NCBI GenBank assembly: GCA_973895155.1
Contig: OZ316891.1
Coordinates: 16,767,651 to 16,831,650 of the forward strand
Reading direction: 5' to 3'
DNA: 64,000 nt
Source: Marsupella aquatica
Lineage: Eukaryota > Plantae > Marchantiophyta
Below are positions 36,601-50,488 of this stretch, in pieces. The position numbers were made by a program, and so were the translations under genes. The notes under the pieces are model-generated. The model ran no database searches. It had not been told where the DNA came from and saw only the letters and a program-made list of their open reading frames with translations. Position 1 is the stretch's first letter. Every line of letters begins with the position of its first letter.

Positions 36601-39094
36601 CCAAACCCAAGAAAACCCCCTTGCTCAAGCCGATTCCCGCAGGTTTCGTCCTTGGCGAGGCCGTTTCCGCCGCTTAGCGGCATGGGACGCTGCTAACTCT
36701 CCTTCTACTACTATTAACATTTTACACACATATACTGGACAGATCCTTCATCGGGTCATGAGATACTTAGCCGGCCTATTCTAGGTATGTTTGGATTCCG
36801 CCGTCGGAATGATCCCCAATTGGCTTGGTTAAGCCGCTAAGACCTCTCTCAGCTCAACACATCCAACTCTCACTCCCTTGCTACTTCCCTTCATTGATGT
36901 GGGCACTCTTCACACAAGTTAATGCGACACACAAATAGCAAAATGACTCATTCTGACTGAGTTATACCATGCACTTGCCATACAAACAGTACATCTCATA
37001 CACAAGCTCTGCAAACTAAGCCGTGAGGCCAACTCTATTCAGTTCTTAGGCATGAGGAAACATGAATATACACAAGGGTCACTGTATAACTAACCAAGAG
37101 CTTCTCTTACTACTTGATCCCAGCCCTGCTGGTGCAACTAAAAACTTGCTAAAGAAGAGGCCTTGGACTCCCCGCTGCCCAGGTATTTATCCTGGCAGCA
37201 GATCTGTCCAGAACTTTGCTGCGTAAGCTTAACCTATCCTAACTGTAATCTACCTATCTGTACAGCGAGGCAGGAGCACAAGTGTTGCTCCTACCAGTGG
37301 ATCCGCCATCCCACTAATCTAAGTGTCAGGGCCGTCTCCTGGTCTTGATCCTAATCCTAAACTTGGAGATCTGAGCCCGCCCTGCCCACTCACGCCTCCT
37401 ACCTCCACGTCCGCCCTTCCTAAAAGGAACGGCGCCCTTGCACCGTCATGACACCGGTGGCGGACCCTCAATGGACGCCCCCAACGCTTCCCCCGCAGCC
37501 ACTGCCGTCGGTCCGTCCTCTGACAGATTACCTGCCCCGGACCGAGTCAACTCTTCATCGGCTTGACTGGGTCCATCCTCGGCTTCGGCCCCAGCATCGG
37601 TCACGGCCCTCGATACGGCTTCGGCCTCCCCGGCATGTTCTAGTGGAGGATCCGGTACCTCGGCTTCATCAATAGCTGTCCCGGCCTCGGCCTTGCCATC
37701 CCCACCTTCTTCAACAGGTGGATCTACTGCCATAATCATGCCGGAGGTTGGTGCCGGGTTGACCTCCTGGGTCACAACAACTTGATAAGCCGTATAACTC
37801 CCAGACCCAGAAGGTTTCCGCTTCTTCTTCTTCCCTGTTTCGGTAGCTGGTCCCTTCCCCTTGCTACCTATCTCCGGCACCGGGGCGTGTGTCTCGGCTT
37901 GTGTTTCGGCTAGTACCCCTCCTGGTAACGGAGTTCCCACAATTGGAGTTGGACCAGATGAAGCTAAGCACTTAAATACTGCGGCCTGTTTCTTCAACCG
38001 CTCCGTTTGGTTGTCGGCCCGCCGCTGTAAGTTCTCCATCTTCCTGGTGGTTTCCTCCAACTCCTCCTGGGCTTCCTCTAGGTTCTTCCGTCCCTCCTGC
38101 AGCTCCTTTCTGGCTTCTTCCAATTCCAATTTTAAGGTAGCCCTCTCCTGCTGGGTTGCTCTTAGCTCCTTGTTGAGCTCCGCTACGACCTCAGACTCCA
38201 TCTTATTCATCTTGGCATAAGTCTGGTCGAGCTGGTCGTCCTTCTCACGCAGGTCGGCCTTGAAGCTGGCCGTCAGGGACGCAAGCTCCTACTGCAAAGC
38301 AATAATCTCTTGATAGGATTTCCCTAACTTGGCCTCCTTCTGCTCAAGGGCTCCGCGGATATCCTCGAGCTCTCCTTTCAACGCCCTCTCCCTTCTCTGA
38401 GTCTCCGCCATGGCCCGATTGTTGGCGGTTATGTGGGCCTCCTTTGCGTCCCTCAGCTCCTGCTTCCACTTTTCCCTGTCCTTGACCACGCTAGCCAACT
38501 CTCCTTGGGTCCGAGTCAGTTTATCCTTGATAATCTAATTGCCAGACTGAGCGGCATCCAATTGTCCTTGCATGATGTTTAGCTCATGCCGTTTAATCAG
38601 CAGCTCATCTTGGGCTTTCTTAGCCGCCTGCAGGTCTTCCACCTTGGCTTCCATCTCCCTAAGCCGTCGGATGACCTCGTCCTTCTTGCTTCTCTCCAAA
38701 GCCACCGCTTCTTCTAATCGGTGCTTCTCCAACATCTCCCTCTGGAAAAAAGGTCCCTGCTCCAACTCCTCCCCAAAGATGTTGAGCGCCAGGTCCCCAC
38801 GCATCTCCCCGTACTCCATGGCTCTATCTTTAGCATAGGTGGAGTAAGTAGAAGTCATCGGCATCAACCACCTCGGCCTCTGTTCCCAAGCCGCCTTGCG
38901 GATTTCTTCTACGGTGGCAAGAGGGTTGCTTCTTTTTCCGGCAAGCCGCCTGATGTCCTCCGGCCAATCTCCTCCTGGTAAATCTTTCTCCCTAGCTAGG
39001 GCTGCTTTCTCTTCCTCCCTAAGTTGCTCCTGAAATTCTTGTGTCGTCTGCTGTATGCCGTCAAAGCTCGGGGGAGCAACCTCTGGTGGGGGAG

Positions 39095-42000
39095 TGTGGT
39101 GCGTCCCATGGCTCCCTAAACCCAAGAAACCCCCCCCAGCGCAAGCCGATTCCCGCAGGTTTTGCGGTTGGCGAGGCCGTTTCCGCGGCTTAGCGGCATG
39201 GGACGCTGCTAACCTCCTTCTACTACTACTATTAACATTTTACACACATATACTGGACAGATCCTTCATCGGGTCATGAGATACGTAGCCGGCCTAATCT
39301 AGGCCTTCCCTTGTCTTCCCCTCCGTCTTGTTAGGTATGTTTGGATTCCGCCGCCGGAATGATCCCCAATAGGCTTGGTTAAGCCGCTAAGACCTCTCTC
39401 AGCTCGACACATCCAACTCTCACTCCCCTGCTTACTTTCCTTCCTCTATTAGTTGATGTGGGCACTCTTCACACAAGTTAATGCGACACACAAATAGCAA
39501 AATGACTCCTTCTGACTGAGTCATACCATGCACTTGCCATACAAATAGTACATCTCATACACAAGCTCTGCGAACTAAGCCGTGAGGCCAACTCTATTCA
39601 GATCTTTGGCATGAGGAAACATGAATATACACAAGGTCACAGTATGACTAACCGAGAGCTTCTCTTACTACTTGATCCCAGCCCGGCTGGTGCAAACTAA
39701 AAACTTGCTAAAGAAGAGGCCCTGAGCTCCCCGCTGCCCAGGTACTTATCCTGGTAGTGGATCCGCCTAATTCTTTGCAGCGTAAGCCTAATCTACCTAA
39801 CTGGATCTACCTATGTACAGCGAGGTAGGAGTACAAGTGTTGCTCTTACCAATGGAACCGCAATCCCACTAAGCTAAGTGTCAAGGCCGCCTCCTGGTCC
39901 TGATCCTAATCATAAACTTAGAGATTTGAGCCCGCCCTGCCCACTCACGCCTCCTCCCTCCACGTCCGCCCTTCCTAAAAGGAATGACGCCCTTGCACCG
40001 TCACGACACCGGTGGTGGATCCTCAATGGACGCCCCCAACGCTCCCTCCACAACCACTGCCGTTGGTCCATCCTCTGATAGATTACCTGCCTCTGACCGA
40101 GTCAACTTTTCATCGGCCTGACTAGGCCCACCCTCGGCTTTGGCCTTGGCTCGGAAATCATTCTCGGCTACGGCCTCAGCCTCAGCTACGGCCTTGGCCT
40201 CAGCTACGGCCTCCCCGGCCTGCTCAAGAGGTGGATCTGGGATACCGGCCTCATTACTGAGTAGTTCGGCTTGGGCCGCGCCATCCCCACCTTTGGTGAT
40301 AGCGGGATCCATTGTCGTGTTCATGCCGGACGTTGGTACCGGTTTGAGTACGGCTTGAGGGGTCGAATAACCTCCGGACCCCGAAGGTTTCCACTTCTTC
40401 TTCTTCACTATCTCCATAGCCGGTTCCTTCCCCTTGCCGCCAACGTCCGGCACCGGGCCGTGTGTCACGGCTGGTCCTTCGGCAATTACCACCCAGGGTA
40501 ACTGGTTTGCCCCAACGGGAGATGGACCTGATGCAGCTAAGCATTTAAATACTGCGGCTTGTTTCTTTAGCCGCTCCGTTTGGTTGTCGGCCCGCCGCTG
40601 TAGGTTCTCCATCTTCCTCGTGATTTCCTCCAACTCCTCCTGGGTCTCATCCAGGTCCTTACGTGCCTCCTCCAGCTCATTTTTGGCTTCCTCCAATTCC
40701 CTGTGGGCTTCCTCCAATTCCTTCTTGGTGGTAGCCCTCTCCTCCTGGGTTGCTCTTAGCTCCTTGTCGAGCTCCGCTACGACCCCAGACTCCATGTTAT
40801 TCATCTTGGCATAAGTCTGGTCGAGCTGGGCGTCCTTCTCCCGCAGGTCAGCCTTGAAGCTGGCCGTCAGGGACGCAAGCTCCTGTTGTAGCGCAATAAT
40901 CCCTTGATAGGATTTCCCTAACTCGGCCTCCTTCTGCTCAAGGGCCTCTGCGGATGACCTCGAGCTCTTCCTTCAGCGCCCTCTCCCTTCTCTGAGTCTC
41001 CGCCGTGACCCGGTTGTTGACTACTATATGGGCCTCCTCTGCATCTCTCAACTCCTTCTTCCATTTCTCCTTGTCCTTGATTGCGTTGGCCAATTCTCCC
41101 TGGGTCTGAGTCAGTTTATCCTTGATAATCTGATTATCAGCCTGCGCGGTGTCCAACTGCCCCCTGCATGATGTTCAGCTCATGCCGCTTAATCTGCAGT
41201 TCATCTTGGGATTTCTTGGCCGCCCTTAGATCTTCAATCTCGGCTTCCATCCTCCTAAGCCGCCGGATGACCTCGTCCTTCTTGCTTCTCTCTAAAGCCA
41301 CCGCTTCTTCTAATTGGTGCTTCTCCAACTGCTCCCTATGGAAAAAGGGTCCTACCTCCAACTCCTCCCCAAAGATGCCGAGCGCAAGTTCCCCACATAT
41401 CTCACCATACTCCATGGCTCTATTCTTAGCGTAGGTGGAGTAAGTAGAAGTGATCGGCATCGCCCATCGCGGCCTCTGCTCCCAAGCCGTCTTGCGGATC
41501 TCTTCAATCGTGGCTAGAGGTTTGCTTCCTTTTTCGGCTAGCCGCCTGATGTCCTCCGGCCAATCTCCTCCTGGCAAATCCTTTTCCCTAGCCAGGGCTG
41601 CCTTTTCTGCTTCCCTAAGTTGCTCCTGAAATTCCTGTGCCGTCTGCTTTATGCCGTCAAAGCTCGGGGGAGCAACATCTGGTGGGGGAGACTCGGGGCT
41701 ACTCTGCTGGTTGGGGTTCCCTCGAACTACCCTTGAAAGTGTGGGGATAAACCGGCCACAAGTCCTTACTCCTGGAACATGATGATCCGACCCGTAGCCG
41801 GAGTCATCATTGCTGTAGTCCTCTACCGCCTCCTCCTCGGCTTGGACTACCGGCTTCTCCCGCTGTTCTCCTGGTTCTGTTGTGAACACGGCTTCACCTC
41901 TCACCGGTCTTGGTTCCTCCTCCGGCTTCCGTGTTGATCTCTTGTTCTCCTTGTCGTGGCCGGGAGCTACGGCCTGCTTCTCCTCGGCTTCGGGACTTGA

Positions 42001-43869
42001 GGCTCCGACATACATCCGGACTCCCGGCTTGTGTTCTGGCCTCCTTCTCTCCTTGACCCCAGTAAAGGGGTTTTCCCTTGTAAGCCGGCTTAGGCCCACC
42101 TCTGGAGCAGTGTCCTGCATTGGTGTCGTTGCCGTTGCCGTTGCCGTTGCCGTTCTCTTTTCCTTCTCCAGTAATTTCAGCAGATTCTGCATGCCTGGTT
42201 GCTGCATCGGCAAGTCCTCCGTCCTTGGCCTAAACACCTGCTCGATTGTAGGACTGTCGGGCGGGTTGGGTTTCTCCGTTGCCGGCGTCTGCTCCGGGAC
42301 CTCCTCCGGTGCTCTTGCCGATAGGGGGAGTACTGGGGCAAAGATTTGACTTCTGGCATATCAGCACAACAGCGGAATGTGATAGCCAAGCCGGGACACG
42401 CTTCCCACGCCGATCACCTGCTGTTCCTCCTTCAAGATCTTCTTCAGTTGGTTGAGGAGGTACCCGTTGTAATCCCGGCTTGGGTCTAGCCTTTCTGCCA
42501 GGTAGACCTGAGCCTTGCCGATCTCTGCCCTCGACAAGTTACAATGCATGGTCACCCGCAAGAAGTCGATCATCTCTCCTATGTGCGGGTTGGTGCAGGT
42601 GTTCCAGAAGAAGCCATTCTTCATTGATGGCCCGGGGAACGACCGGAACTCCTTGTCAGGCAAGGTCTTCCTGGTATCAACTTTGGTCTTATTGCCTATC
42701 GGCAAGCCAAACACTTCGGCAATCACCTTGGGAGTAAGATAGAAATCCTTCCCATATATCCTCGTGGAATTGGTCTCGGGTTCCCATGACCCCATGAATT
42801 CTAATAGGTATGAATCCGGCACCTCCGGCTTCAGCCATGGTAATCTTACAAAGGCCTCTAAGCCGGATCCGGCCATGAAGCCTTGGTACTTCTTGGTCTG
42901 CATGGCCGTAAAGCATGCATCCTCCTCCCGTGAAAAATGTAGTTGCACCTCCTCTGGTAGGGTTGCTGCCCAGCCTTTCCAGGTGTCATCCCTGGTTGGA
43001 ATGGCATTGATGGGATCGTCCTCCTCCTCTTCGGCTTCTCTCTGCCTCCTCCTCTGCTGTTCTGCTAGCTTCTTTGGTGCCGCCGACCTCGTTCTTTTTG
43101 CCGGGGTGGCCTCTTCGTTGTTGTTCCCCTTCCTCTTCATTTCGGCTCCCGTGGATGTCTCTCCTAGCACGGTTGCCTTTGTCCACCCCTCCGTGCTACC
43201 CTTCAACTCCCAGTGTATGTTATTGCAGCGTTTGATGGCTTCTCAGATGCCGACGACTCTATCTTCGCAAAACAGAAGATCGTCGAGCTGATTGGAAGTA
43301 GGAGTCCACAAGAACTCGGCCTTGATGAGTTCGCCTCCTAAGAAAGCCGTCTTCTGCAGCTCCCACAATTGAGCGAGCTCCTGCCGTTCTCGAGCTGCCC
43401 TTTCTGATTCTTCATCCTCGTAAGTCCCAATGTACTCAGTTGCCCATTCAAACAGGCATCCCCAAAAATGTGCCGCTTGATTGACGTTGCTCATACCCTC
43501 CTTAGGTCGATCGTTGGTATCTACTCTCTCCCCGAGTGCTTGCCTAAGCAGCTGACAGTAGTTGGCCTCCTGTAGTTGTCTGCCTAGTTCGTGCTCGCAA
43601 ATGAGCCACCATTCCCTGCAAGCGCTCCTTACCCCTCTCCTCTTCCGGTCCTTCCTCCCGTTGATCCTTCCTAGCCACCGACGCTTAGCGTGCCCTAACC
43701 CTAATCTTATTTTCACCCCCAGCGTCCTTACCTCCGGCCTCGGCCCGGTTCCATAGTCGCCCCTAATTGTTTATATTTTCCTTGTTTTGTCCCTATACTA
43801 AGGTGTTTCTAGGGTGCACTCCTGCTTTACCCACTTAACTGGCCGAGTGATTCCTGGCTAGGCATCACA
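39095..43869 (-). mobile_element. Family-B solo LTR, copy 3, uninterrupted (4775 bp)
   Basis: TG...CA termini and perfect 5-bp TSD GGGAG (39090-39094 and 43870-43874). Confidence 0.92.
40001..43754 (-). pseudogene. Family-B LTR-encoded long ORF (about 1250 aa in consensus)
   Basis: Successive ORF fragments, with breaks at different places in the three copies. Motifs GLEAFVRLPW, LLEF, IAEVFGLP.G and KNGFF.NTC, followed by a long coiled coil. Confidence 0.72.
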
Positions 43870-44067
43870 GGGAGACTCGGGGCTACTCTGCTGGGTGGGG
43901 TCCCCTCGAACTACTCTTGGAAGCGTGGGGATAAACCGGCCACAGGTCCTTACTCCTGGAACATGATGATCCGACCCATAGCCGGAGTTATCATTGCTGT
44001 AGTCCTCCACCTCCTCTTCCACTGCTTGGACTCCCGACTTCCCCCTCTGTTCCCCTGGTCCTGCCGT

Positions 44068-46289
44068 TGTCCTGAGGATAAGCAAAGAGGTGGGGAAAGA
44101 GGCTCAAGGGACACGCAGGGTGTATGGCTGCTTGAGATAGGAAACGGTTGCAAACAAGATAAAGTAGACCCTAAGCACTTCCTTTCATCCACATCATCAC
44201 AAGCAAGCAAGCAAGCAAGCATGCATGCTTTCGAAACTCAAGCCATTTACATACTCATATCCAATCACAATCAAAATAACTAGTTCAAGCTTCCCAATGT
44301 AATCCTCACAAGTCTAAGCCCAACATTCAATTGGTCACCATTCCTTTTCCAACACTTGATTGCACACAATCCCTTGCAACCTTCTAAGGTACACAAGTTC
44401 AAGTGTACATTCAATGTGGTCAAGTTAAGGGTCACTCTTGGTTGTGGCTAAGACAAGTGGGACATCCAAAGGTATGCAAGGCATCTCTATGCACCATTCA
44501 AACATCCAACTTTCGAAACATGGGAAACTACTTTCGAAAAGTGACCTAGGGTTGGTCAACAAACTCCTTAACAAACATGGAATTGACCTTAGTCCCTTCC
44601 TCTAGTAGAACCACCAAGTATAATCCACAAACAACCCAATCCATCAATCGAGAATGCCTTCACTCTTTACTCTTGCAACTTCCCTCATGCATAATAACTA
44701 CTTTCGAAAGTACCTTCATTCAACCCATCTACTTTCAAAAACACCTTCAAGCTCACAACAACATTCGAAAATGGCATGAAGACATTCATTCTAACTATTC
44801 CATTACTCATAGCCAAAGCAAGGCATCAACACACATCTCAAAAACAAGGATACCTCTCCTCTAAATGCATAGCAAGAAGGCACATGTAGCATCATGGCCT
44901 CCAAGTAAAAACATGGGTCACAAGCAAGACCCTCCTATCAAAAATGAATCATCAACCAAGCATTCAAAATCCCTCCATAGCCTATCCAAGCTTCAAAACC
45001 CTAGTCTCCTTCTCTCATACTTCCTTCTATCAACCAAATCTACTTTCGAAGCTTCAAGTCAAGGAGTTTACAAGAGAGTAGGACTTCTTAGTGAGCCATC
45101 TCTAATGCAAGACTCCCAAGCTTCAACAAGATTAGGTCTCATCTCCTCTAAGCTTTCGAAAATCTCCTACAAGTCCATTCTCCTCAAAACTTGAAGCAAC
45201 AAACCTACATTCGAGTATGCCTTCTTGTGGACAATCTCTCATGCAAGCTCCTTATACTTCCTACTCACATCCTACCTCCTTCCTAAGGCTTCAAGTCAGC
45301 CTCTCCTACATTCGAAACCTCTCTCCAAATCCCTAGAAAAACCATCACAAAACTCAATCTCTTCACATTCAAAGCTTCTACTCCATCTATCTCTTCACAA
45401 AATCGCCTCTACATCTCCTACCCTCAAAATCCTAAGGCCATGGCCAAGGAGGAGGGCTCCCCCTTCACTCATGCCTCATGCTCGAGCTCCCCTCAAGAGG
45501 TTCGCTCCTACAACTAAAAATGGGACTTAACACTCCAAAACGGCAAAACGGCAGCACTTCAGCAGCATCTAACCTTCGAACCCTTGGCCACTCGAACTTC
45601 CTCCTTTAGTATCCACGTGGGAAGGCCCAGGGCACCCACAAGCTCCTCCACTTATGGTTTTAATCCTCGTTGAATCATAGCCCTCGATCTCACACCAATT
45701 AGATCCAACGGCCAAAAATGAGCCAAAAAACCCCTCCTTAGTAACTTGCAAACCAAAAGAGCTTCGACCTTTTTGAAAAAGCCACGACCTCCACCAAGCC
45801 CTAACTCATATCTCCACCTTAAATCCAAACCATCCATTAACCAAAACCAAGATCCACCGTTGAAGTAGATACATTGAATCTGGTCCATTTAACACAAAAA
45901 TTTGAATCCGGTCCAAATCTCACAAAACTGATGCACTTGGTCCAAACCCTCTTACATGCCTTGAACCTGGTCACCTCCTCCATGTATTCAATGAACCTGG
46001 TCACCATGTCGCCAAAACCCTTGCTTGTCGAGCAAGCAACCTCCATTCCGCCGGTCCGCCAAATGATAACTTAATCGCTGGTCACAAATGAAAAACATAC
46101 CTCACAATAGTAACAAGGGTGGGTAGGCTCGACCTCATCCCTACCTTGACCCTCATAACTCTACTTCCTCCTTCACCTTGGTCAAGTTAGCTCAAGTCAA
46201 GTCAACTTGCCCAAGTTAGAAGCAAAATTGGTTTCAACTTCCTTCACAAAACATGAGGATTCCTCCTTTAGGATGGAAACCTCATGACA
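44068..46289. mobile_element. Solo LTR, family C (2222 bp)
   Basis: Termini TGTCCTGAGG...CCTCATGACA (9/10 inverted match) and 4-bp TSD CCGT (44064-44067 and 46290-46293). Confidence 0.82.
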
Positions 46290-48656
46290 CCGTGAATATG
46301 GCCTCACAGATCACGGGCTCTTGTTCCTCCTCTGGTTTCCAGGCTGTCCTCTCCCTCTGCTTTCCGTGGGAAGGAGCCTTAGGCTGCTTTGCCTCCGATT
46401 CGGGGCTTGAGGCTCCCACATACATTTGAACTCCCGGCTTGTGTTCCGGCCTCCTTCTCTCGTTGGCTCCGATAAAGGGGTTTTCCCTCCTGAGTCGGCT
46501 TAGGCCGGCCTCTGGGGCAGTGTCCTGTACCGGTGCTGTTGCCGTTGCTGGTGCCGTTCTCTCCTTCTCCAGCAATTTTAGCAGATTCTGCATGCCTGAT
46601 TGCTGCATCGGCAAGTCATCTTTCCTTTGCCGAAACACCTACTCGATCGTAGGACTAGCAGGCTGGTTGGGCTCTTTTGTTGCCGGCCTCTGCTCCGGAA
46701 CCTCCTCCGGTGCCCTTGCCGATAGGGGAAGTACTGGGGAAAAGATTTGACTTATGGCATACCGGCATAACAGCGGCATGTGATAGCCAAGCCGGGACAC
46801 GCTTCCCATGCCGATCACCTGCTGTTCCTCCTTCAAGATCTTCTTCAGTTGGTTGAGGAGGTACCTGTTGTAATCCCAGCTTGGGTCTAGCCTTTCTGCC
46901 AGGTAGACCTGAGCCTTGCCGTTCTCTGCCCTCGGCATGTTACAATGCATGGTCACCCGCAAGAAATCGATCATCTCTCCGATGTGCGGGTTGGTGCAGG
47001 TGTTCCGGAAGAAGCCATTCTTCGTTGATGGTCCTGGGAACGACCGGAACTCCTTGTCAGGTAAGGTCTTCCTGGTATCAACCTTGGTCTTATTACCCAT
47101 CGGCAAGCCAAACACCTCCGCAATCACCCGGGGAGTGAGATAGAAATCCTTCCCATACACCCTCGTGGAAATGGTCTCGGGTTCCCATGATCCCACGAAT
47201 TCTAATAAGTCTGAGTCCGGCACCTCCGGCTTCAGCCATGGTAATCTTACGAAGGCTTCCAAGCCCGATCCGGCCATGAAGCCCTGGTACTTCTTGGTCT
47301 GCATGGCCATAAAGCATGCATCCTCCTCCCGTGCAAAATGTAATTGCACTTCCTCTGGTAGGGTTGCCGCCCAGCCTTTCCAGGTGTCATCCTTTGTTGG
47401 AATGGCATTGATGGGATCGACCTCCTCCTCTTCGGCTTCTCCCTGCCTCCTGTTCTGCTGCTCTGCTGGCTTCCTTGGTGCCGCCGACCTTGTTCTTTTT
47501 GCCATGGTGGCCTCCTTGTTGTTGTTTCCTTTCCTCTTCATCTCGGCTGCCGTGGATGTTTCTCCTAGCACAGTTGCCTTTGTCCACCCCTCCGTGCTAC
47601 CCTTCAACTCCCAGTGCGCGTCGTTGCAGCGGTTGATGGCTTCCCGAATGCCGACAATTCTGTCTTTGCAAAACAGAAGGTCATCGAGCTGATTGGCAGT
47701 AGGAGTCCACAAGAACTCGGCCTTGATGAGTTCTCTTCCTAAGAAGGCAGACTTCTGCAGCTCCCACAGTCGAGCGAGCTCCTGCCGTTCTCGAGCTGCT
47801 CTCTTCGATTCTTTGTCCTTGTAAGTCTTAATGTACTCAGTTGCCCGTTCGAACAGGCATCCCCAAAAATGTGCCGCTTGATTGACGTTGCTCATACCCT
47901 CCTTGACTCGATCGTTGGTATCTGCTCCCGCCCCAAGTGCTTGCCTAAGCAGCTGACAGTAGTTGGGCTTCCGTAGTCGTCTGCCCAGTTCGTGCTTGCA
48001 AATGAGCCACCATTCCTCACGAGCGGTCCTTACCCCTCTCCTCCTTTGGTCTTTCCTCCCGTTGGTTACCCCTAGCCGCCGATGCTTAGCGCGCCCTAAC
48101 CCTAATTGTGTTCTCTCCCCCGACGTCCTTACCTCCGGCCACGGCCCGGGTTCCATAGCCACCCTTAATTGTTTATATTTTCCTTGTTTTTGTTACTATA
48201 CTAATGTGTTTATAGGGTACACCTCCGTTTCCCCATTTAATTGGCCTAGTGATTCCTGGCTAGGCATCACATGGTGTACACTACAACGGAGCCCGGCTCC
48301 GCGCTCTCCCAGCGAGCTTAGTCCCACACCCTCCCCTCGGTACTCTTTCACTCCCAGAGGTCGGGACTCCCCGCACATACCGCGAATGTCCAACACTGAG
48401 ACTAAAAACCCCCCTGCCTCTACCGAGGGGTGCACTAAATACTAAGGGCCGAGGAACAGAGTGCCCTCGCATCCGAAGATTCACTAACTAAGGTCCTAAC
48501 TAAGCTGGCTGTCAGGCCGGAAAACGGCTTGTCTTATTAGAAGATCCTAATCTACGCCAATTGTACAGCATGGCAGTGCTGCTCTAACTAGGGCAGGTGC
48601 TTGTCCCTATAGCCTAATTGAGCTATTCCTAACTCTACTCTAATCCTACTCTGCCG

Positions 48657-50488
48657 CTAGTGTCTGGCACGCTTGCCAGAACTGCCTGAGTGGGAGCGGC
48701 TATCCCGCTACCTTCTGAGTCTGTCGGTGTCCTACTTGAGTAGCTGGACCTGGTCCAGCAGAGATTTGTTTTCCCGCTTCGCCGCGTCTGCCTCTTCTAC
48801 GGCCTCCTGGCATGCCTCCTCCAGTTGCTGGGTGTCGCTTGTCAACTTGTCCACCAACTGGGCCTATTTAGTGGCTTCTCCTTGAAGCCGTGCCACCTCT
48901 GCCTTCAGGGCGTCAATCTTGGCTGTGTCCCATTGAGACCTGGAATCAGCTTCCTCCAGATCCTTTTGCCAATTGACGGCTTGCCCCTGCAAACTGTCAA
49001 TCTTGGTTTGGAGCCGCGCAATCTTGGCGTCCTTTCCGAGCCCGGCCTGTACTGCCAACGCTGCTTGGGCTCTAGCCTTGGTGACCTGGTCCTCCGTGGC
49101 CGTTACCTGAGGCCGTAGTTGTTGGAGTTCAGCCTCCAAGGTTGCCACTTCGTCCTTCGGGTAGGCAGACTCAACCCGATATCGCTCTATTCTCTGCGCA
49201 GTCTCTGCCTGCGCATGTCCTGCCCTTACTACTGCAACCAACTCCTGGTTGAAGAAGTAGGCCACCCTCCGGGCCATGTATTCCCCGGTGTCCCAAGAGA
49301 TATGTTGCGAGAAATCTCCCAACAACCCGTTCAGAAAAGTGCCCGGCGCAAAGAGTTCCGGATGGTATAGATTGTGTCCTTCTGGATTCGGGCACGGACA
49401 GACTCCAACCCGTGCGGGAGTAGGGGTGGACACATCCAGCCCTTGAGGTAAGTCGGTCAAAGGGGCTGGTTCCACTGGAGGTGGATGGTTCTCCTGCACC
49501 ACCGTGGGGGGTGGCGGAATCTCCCTGACCACCGTGGTATCTGCTTCGGGTACGGCTTCATCCGGCCTGGCTTTGATGGCATTGTCCTGATTGATCGCGT
49601 CTAAGGTTGCAATAACGTCAATGGGTATGCCCGGCGGGGCGGCGGGTTGCGGGGCCGGGGTAGCAGGACTTGCAGCTGCCAGACTTTGGGCCTCGGGCTG
49701 CGGTCGCCTTACCTGGGCTGGGAACACCCATTTTGGCGGGGTCAGCTTAGGCTCATTGAGACGTGGGAGGCTCCGGCAGTCAAAATGAGCGTACCACTCG
49801 AGGATGATTTCGACGTGGCTAGCGAAGTACGCCCTCCCACCAAGGTACAAAGTCTTCCTTCTCCGCTCCATCTCCTTGTGGAACTTCTTGACAAAGAAGG
49901 ATGCCCACTTCCTGGGCCGATAGTTCTCCACCTGGATAACCTGAGCGGCCGATATTTCTCCTCTAGGTTCCATCATGTGGAGGGCATACCGCTAGAACTC
50001 TAGGCGTTCTGCTACCTCCGGGATGAGGCACGTCCTCATTAAGAACCCATTGTCCACTACCCCTTCGGCCGGAAAGCTAGATGACTGGTATTTAGCTCCC
50101 TTGCCCTAGGAGCCCGCGACTCTACCCGGTTTATTCCCTCGGGTAGGCCAAAAATCATCTTCAGACGTGCCTCATCGAGACACATCACTCTCCCGTGCGC
50201 TCGGGTTTGTTGACAGGCCTTGTCAAAGTTCTGAATGAACTCCGACATATCCTGTCCGTAATACCTGTTTTCGTTCCAAGGGAGAGAGGCGAGGTGCTCA
50301 AACCCTTGGGTCTTCAGATAGCATGCATGCTTGGGGTGGAGGATGTTCTTGTGAATGCTGTCCCCCATGCAATGCATGGTCAGCTTGGCTACTGCAACCG
50401 TGGCCAAAGGCAACCCGGATACGGTTGCGGACTCCTTCCTCTTCCTACCCCGAGACTGATTCCCGGGGTGACTAGAAGAAGGGGACAT
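48657..50488 (-). pseudogene. Family-A LTR-encoded ORF, most complete copy
   Basis: GFEHLASLPW, MSEF, MIFGLPEG, DNGF..RTC and KWASFF, then a P-rich linker and coiled coil. A few frameshifts and stops. Confidence 0.72.

Larger units (their letters stand above)
36580..48271 (-). mobile_element. Family-B solo LTR, copy 2 (hosts copy 3 and element C)
   Basis: Termini TGTGGTGCG...GGCATCACA. TSD GGGTG/TGGTG (4/5 match). Family-A LTR is continuous across it. Confidence 0.88.

Noticed and set aside
37448-47692. Numerous plus-strand ORFs rich in S/L/F
   Set aside because: They are antisense shadows of the minus-strand coiled-coil ORFs of family B.
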